This document shows positions 21,812-28,534 of a DNA stretch of 28,534 nt, piece by piece (within the stretch, counting starts at the first letter, position 1; each line of letters opens with the position of its first letter). Source of the stretch: a virus. Location: positions 1 to 28,534 of the IMG/VR virus record IMGVR_UViG_3300016484_000154; one strand, 5' to 3'. Made by a program: the position numbers and the translations under genes. The notes beneath the pieces are model-generated. The model saw nothing but the letters and a program-made list of their open reading frames with translations. It did not search any database and was not told where the DNA came from.

Positions 21812-22877
21812 TCCACATATCGTTTTAGTGGATAATGCTTTACAAACTGGTTCCAAAATCGAAATAGATTTATGGTATTATACGGGTACGCAACCAACAA
21901 CACCAACGTATACGTTAAGCAAATTAATACCGAGTTCTTTTAATACGAAAACGTATTACAATATAAGCGCATATATACGTGAATTCTTAACGCATAAATT
22001 CAACGGAATTAATTATATGACAAATCAGTTTCTAACTGAGGAAGACGAATACGTCAACATTCAATATCGAACATATAACTTTATTGGTGGTGTGTATGTG
22101 TTAGACCAAACGGTGACTGATACGTGTTTTGATGGTTTTGGATATTACGAAGAGGGGGTAAATATAGATAGGGGTAATATCTTACTTGGTAATGGTACAT
22201 CTCATTATTATTGGGACGATAGCGCAAATAATCCAAATGCAAATCCAGCGCATCGAGCGGGAATAGTAACGGCAAAAGTAAAACGGAATTGGTATTATGT
22301 ACATATTCCCATTGGAGGCGGTACACCCGTAACGTATACATTTACATCTGATGGGGTGTTTGATATTAAACGAGTTCACCAAGGGAATTATGCAACCGGA
22401 AACATCTTACAAATATTTGATAATTTAAATGTTTTGCAATGGACGGGTTATTTTTACCCGAAAACGGAATGCCGTTATGAACCAATGACTATTGATTTTA
22501 TTAATAAATTTGGCGGTTGGCAACGTGAATTTTTCTTTAAAGCATCTCAAGAATTATTAGATGTAAATTCGTCCACGTATAATTTAATGCCGTCTCAATT
22601 ATTACCTACATTGGTAAGCGAGGGACAAAGGCACGTAATGAATAGCAACGGAACACGTCGATATTTAATTAATACGGGTTGGGTTGATGAATCGTATAAT
22701 GAAACAATCCAAGAATTATTATTAAGTGAGCGCGTTATTTGGCAAAACGGAATTCAAAGAATACCAGTAAAGGTAAATACGAAATCGATTAATAAGTTTA
22801 AGAACATCAACCAAAAGACGATTAATTATCAAATCGAAATAGAATTAGCGTTTGACGTAATACATAGCGTAATTTAA
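21792..22877 (+). CDS. Tail or baseplate structural protein candidate
   Basis: 361-aa beta-rich ORF coupled to the 709-aa gene by a TAATG overlap. Confidence 0.4.
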   Translation: MAINARSPHIVLVDNALQTGSKIEIDLWYYTGTQPTTPTYTLSKLIPSSFNTKTYYNISAYIREFLTHKFNGINYMTNQFLTEEDEYVNIQYRTYNFIGGVYVLDQTVTDTCFDGFGYYEEGVNIDRGNILLGNGTSHYYWDDSANNPNANPAHRAGIVTAKVKRNWYYVHIPIGGGTPVTYTFTSDGVFDIKRVHQGNYATGNILQIFDNLNVLQWTGYFYPKTECRYEPMTIDFINKFGGWQREFFFKASQELLDVNSSTYNLMPSQLLPTLVSEGQRHVMNSNGTRRYLINTGWVDESYNETIQELLLSERVIWQNGIQRIPVKVNTKSINKFKNINQKTINYQIEIELAFDVIHSVI

Positions 22878-25006
22878 TGAAACGAGACGTAAAGGTATTT
22901 ATTGAGGGAATCGAATTAGATTTATTCGAAGACGAACAAGTTCAAATAAGTTCGAGCGTTCAAGACGTGTACGATATTAACAAAACGAAAACGGAAATAT
23001 CGCAATCATTTACCGTACCAGCAACCCCAAGAAATAACCAAGTTTTTCAGCATTTTTACGAAACGGATGTTGATGCAACAATTGACCATAATTTAAGGCG
23101 AGATGGTTACATTGAAATAGATTTAACAACCTATAAAAGCGGAAAAATTCAACTTGAAAAATCCGTAGTTGAAAAGGGTAAAGCAAAGAGTTATACCATT
23201 ACATTTTACGGAAAATTAGTCACGTTAAAAGATTTATTTGGCGAGGATAAATTATCTGATTTGGATTATAGTACATTATCGCACACGTATAATTGGGCGC
23301 AAGTTTTTGGTAGAATCAACGGAAGTATTACGAGCGATGTGCAATACCCTTTAATTACATCTAATCGGATATGGGAATACGGAGGAACGCAACCAACAAT
23401 AACGAATCCAAACTATTTAACCGCAACCACAACTAATAATAATATACATACTGCAACGGGGGCGATAAACGTATTACGTGAGTTATTCCCCGCGATAACG
23501 CTAAATAAACTTATTAACTTAATTGAGTTAAAATATAACGTTACGTTTAATAGTTCGTTTTTTTCTACGGAAGAATTTAGAAACGTTTATTTGTGGTTTA
23601 AAAATCGCGACGTTCCAAACGTAACTACCGATGCTAATTTTATTGATTTCGACGCGCAAATATTTAGCAGTATTTACACGTTTGACCCAACGCCATTCGT
23701 AGATATTGCAAACAATACGGTTAATGTTCAATACCAAGTAACAACGGCAACCAATTTTACCATTACTTTACATCGTGTTTTATTGGATGTTATTTTTGTG
23801 AGTAGTACCACAACGCAGTATTATGTTGATGTATACGTAAATGGTGTATTAACTGCGACCCATACGGGTATTAACGGAACAATTAACGGTTCAACAACTT
23901 ACGGTTTAATGTACGCGGCAACAAACGTTGTGGGTTTAAATGATGCGGTACAATTAAAGGTACGAGCGGACGAAGGGTTAACGATTGATTTTAATTTGAT
24001 TTATCAAATTTGGGACACCGAACCGACGTTAGGCACGTATATAAATAGTGTTACGTATAGTTGTTCAGCACAAAATTTAATTAGTAATATCAACCTTTCG
24101 AACTTTGCTCCGGATATGAAAGTAGTTGATTTTATGAGCGGAATTTTAAAGGAGTTTAATTTAGCAGTTGAAAATACTGGAGAAAACGAATATACAATTG
24201 AACCCCTTTTAAATTGGTACACGCAAGGTAGTATTTACGATATTACCCGATTTACGGATGTTGATTCAATCGAGGTTGCAAAAGTTCCGCTATACAAAAA
24301 AATAAGTTTCAAATACGAAACGAGCGAAAGCGTACTAAATAAATATTATTTCCAATCGTATAAAAAAGAATATGGAAACACGGAGCATATTTATAGTTAC
24401 GATGGCGCGGAATATAGCGTTCAAGTTCCGTTTGAAAACTTAATGTTTAACCATTTTTTTCATAGTGGTACACCAAGCGGTTTACAAGTTGGTTACGCGT
24501 TGAATTCAAGCTTAGCGCCATACATACCAAAACCCGTTTTACTTTATAGATATGGTAACGTTACTGGATTACCGCACGATATACATTTTAAAGATGCAAT
24601 TGGGAATAATGCGAATATAGATAATTACGTAATGTTTGGGCAAGACTATACCAATAGCACAACGGGCGTTCAATATAGTTTAAATTTTGCGCCCGAAACC
24701 AGTACGTACCATTTAGTTGCTATTCAACAAAGCATTTTCGCAACGTATTATTTTCAATATCTTTATAACTTATATAATTTAAAGAACCGAATTACCACGG
24801 TAAAAACGGTGTTGCCGATTTCCATATTAACCAAAATACGTTTATGCGATAGGGTAATAATACGGGACAAAAGATTTATAATCAATGATATGCAAATAAA
24901 TCTAACAACTGGAGAAGCGACATTAAGATTATTAAACGATTTTATGCCGATTGACCCCGAAAGTTTAATACCGCCTCCGAGCGAAAGTGATATAATTATA
25001 GAATAA
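22877..25006 (+). CDS. Large tail-tip or baseplate structural protein candidate
   Basis: 709 aa, Asn/Thr/Tyr-rich and beta-type in composition, in the tail block. Confidence 0.4.
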   Translation: MKRDVKVFIEGIELDLFEDEQVQISSSVQDVYDINKTKTEISQSFTVPATPRNNQVFQHFYETDVDATIDHNLRRDGYIEIDLTTYKSGKIQLEKSVVEKGKAKSYTITFYGKLVTLKDLFGEDKLSDLDYSTLSHTYNWAQVFGRINGSITSDVQYPLITSNRIWEYGGTQPTITNPNYLTATTTNNNIHTATGAINVLRELFPAITLNKLINLIELKYNVTFNSSFFSTEEFRNVYLWFKNRDVPNVTTDANFIDFDAQIFSSIYTFDPTPFVDIANNTVNVQYQVTTATNFTITLHRVLLDVIFVSSTTTQYYVDVYVNGVLTATHTGINGTINGSTTYGLMYAATNVVGLNDAVQLKVRADEGLTIDFNLIYQIWDTEPTLGTYINSVTYSCSAQNLISNINLSNFAPDMKVVDFMSGILKEFNLAVENTGENEYTIEPLLNWYTQGSIYDITRFTDVDSIEVAKVPLYKKISFKYETSESVLNKYYFQSYKKEYGNTEHIYSYDGAEYSVQVPFENLMFNHFFHSGTPSGLQVGYALNSSLAPYIPKPVLLYRYGNVTGLPHDIHFKDAIGNNANIDNYVMFGQDYTNSTTGVQYSLNFAPETSTYHLVAIQQSIFATYYFQYLYNLYNLKNRITTVKTVLPISILTKIRLCDRVIIRDKRFIINDMQINLTTGEATLRLLNDFMPIDPESLIPPPSESDIIIE

Positions 25007-25007
25007 T

Positions 25008-25184
25008 ATGATAGTAAAACAAATCATTAAATTGTTATCCGCTGGCGAACATTTAGGGCAAAGCGAGATAATAGAAATCGCAAAAGGTAAATACGAAATC
25101 AAACCTACGTTGAAAGGGGCGTACAAACAAAAGGTTAGAGAGTTATATATAAAAAAGGCAAATGGCGGAAAAACGGATAATTGA
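25008..25184 (+). CDS. Hypothetical 58-aa protein
   Basis: Below the ORF-track cutoff. Hand translation: MIVKQIIKLLSAGEHLGQSEIIEIAKGKYEIKPTLKGAYKQKVRELYIKKANGGKTDN. It fills the gap before the tape-measure gene and overlaps that gene's start. Confidence 0.4.
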   Translation: MIVKQIIKLLSAGEHLGQSEIIEIAKGKYEIKPTLKGAYKQKVRELYIKKANGGKTDN

Positions 25185-27462
25185 ACTTGAGGTTAAAGAT
25201 AATACGCAAAGTTTAAAGGCGCAGTTAAGGGAGGCACAATCCGAAGTCCAAAAATTAGCCGATAAATACGGCGCAACATCAAAAGAAGCAATCGAAGCGG
25301 CAAAACGCGCCGCGGACATAAAAGATAGAATCGGAGACGCCAAAGCGTTAACGGATGCATTTAACCCCGACGCAAAATTTAAAGCATTAAGCGCATCGTT
25401 AAGCGGTGTTGCTGGTGGATTTAGCGCGGTAACGGGAGCAATGGGTTTACTTGGGGTGGAATCTCAAGACGTTCAACAAATGATGCTGAAGGTGCAAAGC
25501 GCGATGGCGTTAAGTCAAGGTTTGCAATCGTTAGGAGAGGCAAAAGATTCATTTAAACAATTGGGGGCAGTTGTTAATTCAGCTTTTGCGGGAATGACAA
25601 GCGCGGGCAAAGCCTTTGCAATTACTGGAATTGGCTTAGCAATTACCGCCGTTGGTGTTTTGGTAACTGCGTTTGGTAATTTTGGAAAAAAGGAAGTTGA
25701 AACATACGATCAATGGCGCGAGAAACAAGACAAGGTAAACGAAGCAACGCAAAAGCATTTAGATTTACAATTTAAGCAATTAGAAAATGCCCGAAAAAAT
25801 GTAGACAAATTAACGGAGCAATACGATAGAGAAATAGCATTAGCGAGAGCGCGAGGTAATTCGGATTTAGCAGAAATAAAAACTAAAGAAAAACTAAATA
25901 CAATTATCAAAACCGAACAAGAAAACCGTAAACAATACGATGAAGCAGTAAAAAAAGCACGCGCGGAATTAAACCAACAAATTGGTTTTTCAATGCAACT
26001 TGAAAAACATTTAGCGGAATATGCGGAAAAAAGCCGTTTGGATGATGAATATAAGGGGCGCGCACGTGCGATATATAATGTTGGTTTAAAAGGCGAAATA
26101 ACAATAAACCAAAAAGCATTAGAACAAGCGCAAATGGTTTTAAGTTATAAAAGTGCGGTTGGGAAAATTGAAAAGAAAAATTTAGAAAACGCAAAAAGAC
26201 AAATTGCGGATTATGAGCATCAAACTAAACTAATTGAAAATTTAAAAAAATTAGGTGCGGAAAGAAATGTTATAGACAAAAGTATAGCGGATGCGCAAAA
26301 TGAAATAAATGTAATGAACGCAGCGGCAAATAAAGCGGCGGCGGAAAGAAATGCGGAATTGAAAAGAGAACGAGACGCAAATAATAAAGATATAAAAAGG
26401 CAAATTGAAGATGAAAAAAATAAAAGGATTGAGAACGAATTAGAACGAACAAAAAAAGAATTAGAAATAAATGCCCAAAGACGTAAAGAAGATTTAAACA
26501 AATTAAAAGCGGATGAAACACAAAAGAAACTTTTAAAAGAAGAAATTGATGCAACGTTAAAATTAGATTTACAAAAAGCAGAAAAGGATTATAATAAAAA
26601 AATCGATGAAATTGAGGAACAAAAAAGAAAGGATAAGTTAGAAAAAGAAAAAGAGTTACAAGAAAAAATTAAAGAAAATGAATTAAAAGAATCGGAACGT
26701 TTTTTATCCGACCAAGAAATAGTTATAACGTTATTAAACGATGGCTTAGAAAAGCAAATTGCAATTAGGAAACTGGCATACGACAAAGAACAAATCGATT
26801 TACAAAATAAATTAGACAATCAATTAATAACCGAAGAGCAATTCCAAGCATTATCGAGAAATAATTTTAAAAATTATAATAAAGGCGTTGCGGATGATAC
26901 AAAAAAAATTGATGAGGAAATGATGCAACACAAAATCGCGGTACAACAACAAGGTTTGGATTTAGCGTTGCAAGCAAACAATTTAATGAAAGATTTATTT
27001 GGAAAATCTAAAGGCGTACAAAAAACTGCAATTTTAGTAGAATCGGCGGTTGGTATTGCAAAAATGATTATATCAAATAAATTAGCAAATGCTGGTGCAT
27101 TAGCAACACCGCAAGCAATAGCAACAAGCGGAGCGGCGGCGGTTCCAGTTATTGCAATGAACAATATTTCAACGGGGTTAGGAATAGCGGCAAACATCGC
27201 AGCAACGGCAAAAGCGTTAAAGGAAATCGGCGCTGGTGGTGCGCCCCCTCCCGCCCCTTCAACATCCGGAGGTGGCGGTGGTGGTGGCGGTGGTTCAATG
27301 AGTAGCGGAATTGTTGCGCCTAATTTTAACGTGGTTGGTAATAATAACATCAACCAATTAGCGCAATTACAACAACAACCAATTAAAGCGTACGTAGTTG
27401 GTAGCGAGGTAACTACTCAACAATCGTTAGATAGAAATAGAATAGGAATAGGACAATTATAA
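25162..27462 (+). CDS. Tape measure protein candidate
   Basis: 766 aa. There is a long K/E-rich coiled-coil core. It is flanked by Gly/Ala-rich hydrophobic segments: GVAGGFSAVTGAMGLLG, AFAITGIGLAITAVGVLVTAFG and a C-terminal AAAVPVIAMNNISTGLGIAANIAA. A Gly9 run is also present. Confidence 0.55.
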   Translation: MAEKRIIELEVKDNTQSLKAQLREAQSEVQKLADKYGATSKEAIEAAKRAADIKDRIGDAKALTDAFNPDAKFKALSASLSGVAGGFSAVTGAMGLLGVESQDVQQMMLKVQSAMALSQGLQSLGEAKDSFKQLGAVVNSAFAGMTSAGKAFAITGIGLAITAVGVLVTAFGNFGKKEVETYDQWREKQDKVNEATQKHLDLQFKQLENARKNVDKLTEQYDREIALARARGNSDLAEIKTKEKLNTIIKTEQENRKQYDEAVKKARAELNQQIGFSMQLEKHLAEYAEKSRLDDEYKGRARAIYNVGLKGEITINQKALEQAQMVLSYKSAVGKIEKKNLENAKRQIADYEHQTKLIENLKKLGAERNVIDKSIADAQNEINVMNAAANKAAAERNAELKRERDANNKDIKRQIEDEKNKRIENELERTKKELEINAQRRKEDLNKLKADETQKKLLKEEIDATLKLDLQKAEKDYNKKIDEIEEQKRKDKLEKEKELQEKIKENELKESERFLSDQEIVITLLNDGLEKQIAIRKLAYDKEQIDLQNKLDNQLITEEQFQALSRNNFKNYNKGVADDTKKIDEEMMQHKIAVQQQGLDLALQANNLMKDLFGKSKGVQKTAILVESAVGIAKMIISNKLANAGALATPQAIATSGAAAVPVIAMNNISTGLGIAANIAATAKALKEIGAGGAPPPAPSTSGGGGGGGGGSMSSGIVAPNFNVVGNNNINQLAQLQQQPIKAYVVGSEVTTQQSLDRNRIGIGQL

Positions 27463-27465
27463 ATT

Positions 27466-28386
27466 ATGAAAATATTAGAATTAATTCTTGACGAAGAAAA
27501 CGAAGAAATGGGAGTTTATGCTATTTCCGTAGTAAACGATCCAGCAATAGGTGAAAACTTTGTAAAACTAAGCAACGAACAAATTACTTTTAGCACCATT
27601 GATAAAGAAAAAAAATTATTAATGGGTGCGGCATTAATACCGAACAAACAAATTTACCGACGCAATAAAAAGCACGGAGAATTTTACATTTACTTTTCCG
27701 AGGACACGGTAAGAAAAGCGAGCGAATTATTTTTTATCAACCACAACCAAAGCAACGCAACGTATGAACATTCTAAAACTTTGGAGGGAATGTCCGTTGT
27801 TGAAAGTTGGATAATCGAAGACGAACAAAAAGACAAATCTAAACTTTATGGTTTCGATTTACCAAAAGGAACTTGGATGATTTCGATGAAAGTAAACAAC
27901 GAAAACGTTTGGAACGATGTTAAAGAGGGTAAGGTAAAAGGATTTTCAATAGAAGGTTATTTTGCGGATAAATACGAAATGAGTTTGGAAACAAGTTTGC
28001 GCAAAACAATGGACGAAGAAAAAGAGTATTTAATCGAGCAAATCAAAAACGTATTAAAAGGAAATGAATTAGCGGAGGAATCATATAACGATTATCCAAG
28101 CGTTGTTAAACGAAACGCGCAACGTGGTATATTACTTAACGAAAAGAATGGTAATAAATGCGCGACGCAAGTTGGTAAAATACGCGCCCAGCAGTTAGCA
28201 AACGGCGAGAAAGTAAGTATTGAAACGATTAAAAGAATGTATAGTTATTTAAGCCGAGCGGAGGTATATTACAACCAAGGCGATAGCAATGATTGCGGTT
28301 ATATTTCTTATCTGCTTTGGGGCGGTAAAGCCGCATTAACTTGGTCGGAATCTAAATTAAAACAAATCGAAAATGGCAAAGGTTAA
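27466..28386 (+). CDS. XkdF-like prohead protease-domain protein
   Basis: The N-terminal half (GVYAISVVNDPAIGENF ... ESWIIEDE ... GTWMISMKVNNENVWNDVKEGKVKGFSIEG) fits the XkdF / Peptidase_S78_2 pattern by eye. It lies upstream of the scaffold and capsid genes across the window junction. Confidence 0.55.
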   Translation: MKILELILDEENEEMGVYAISVVNDPAIGENFVKLSNEQITFSTIDKEKKLLMGAALIPNKQIYRRNKKHGEFYIYFSEDTVRKASELFFINHNQSNATYEHSKTLEGMSVVESWIIEDEQKDKSKLYGFDLPKGTWMISMKVNNENVWNDVKEGKVKGFSIEGYFADKYEMSLETSLRKTMDEEKEYLIEQIKNVLKGNELAEESYNDYPSVVKRNAQRGILLNEKNGNKCATQVGKIRAQQLANGEKVSIETIKRMYSYLSRAEVYYNQGDSNDCGYISYLLWGGKAALTWSESKLKQIENGKG

Positions 28387-28534
28387 AACATCAACAATTT
28401 CGTTCGTTAGAAAGCCAAGAAAAAAACGCAAAGGTGTACACGCTAAAACGAAATGTTCGCAAATAAAAGGTTCTAAAAATTACGTTAAATTATATAAAAG
28501 TCAAGGAAAATGAGTAAAGTAAAAGAACAGACGA
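28284..28534. repeat. Terminal direct repeat, right copy; identical to 1-251
   Basis: See the left copy. Confidence 0.95.
28373..28513 (+). CDS. Second copy of the 46-aa basic micro-ORF (inside the terminal repeat)
   Basis: Identical to 90-230. It is the same gene, duplicated by the window overlap. Confidence 0.45.
   Translation: MAKVKTSTISFVRKPRKKRKGVHAKTKCSQIKGSKNYVKLYKSQGK

Noticed and set aside
25151-25157. An in-phase A_AAA_AAG slippery heptamer (dnaX type) in the 58-aa ORF just before the tape-measure start.
   Set aside because: After a -1 shift the frame reads GKWRKNG and then hits TAA within 8 codons. The tape-measure gene is in the other (+1) frame, so no fusion product results.

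Overview
The window holds one complete 28,283-bp genome unit of a tailed dsDNA phage plus a 251-bp overlap: bases 1-251 are identical to 28284-28534. All credible genes are on the + strand and tightly packed, with many ATGA or TAATG stop/start overlaps. The host is probably a member of the Bacteroidota. Four intergenic -7 boxes fit TAnnTTTG, one with a -33 TTTG 20 nt upstream. Starts lack Shine-Dalgarno motifs and sit behind A-rich leaders.

Module map (circular):
- Early genes, 10.0-11.5 kb: small, acidic and membrane ORFs plus a DnaA-domain-IV-like protein.
- A structured ori-like spacer at 11.46-11.59 kb.
- Replication and recombination, 11.6-17.2 kb: DUF6291-like protein, DnaB-like helicase, NinG, ERF annealase, YqaJ-like exonuclease, HNH, and a small SSB-tip protein.
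- An ECF-like sigma factor at 17.26 kb.
- Packaging, TerS and TerL, 18.3-19.9 kb.
- Tail and baseplate block ending in a tape-measure-like protein, 20.0-27.5 kb.
- Head block: XkdF-like protease, two micro-ORFs, scaffold, major capsid, an abundant structural protein, portal-MuF fusion, connector and fibre (27.5 kb, wrapping to 7.2 kb).
- Lysis cassette, 7.4-9.1 kb: two holin-like genes, amidase, unimolecular-spanin candidate.
- A metallophosphoesterase, then the strongest terminator at 9.94 kb.

I recognised no integrase, repressor, tRNA or CRISPR array.

The most unusual signal is a second reading frame that stays open for 127 codons inside the 251-aa tail-block gene. It is reachable only through a T9 run at 20523-20531 and ends in an ATGA overlap with the next gene. 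That points to a programmed frameshift, transcriptional slippage, or a homopolymer miscall.

Other points:
- a Gly/Thr-rich module shared by two structural proteins;
- CpG-free gene cassettes bounded by a junction repeat;
- paralogous early promoters with TGTTAAAA repeats;
- several coupled micro-ORFs below the ORF-track cutoff.

All family assignments come from motif recognition by eye, not from database searches.
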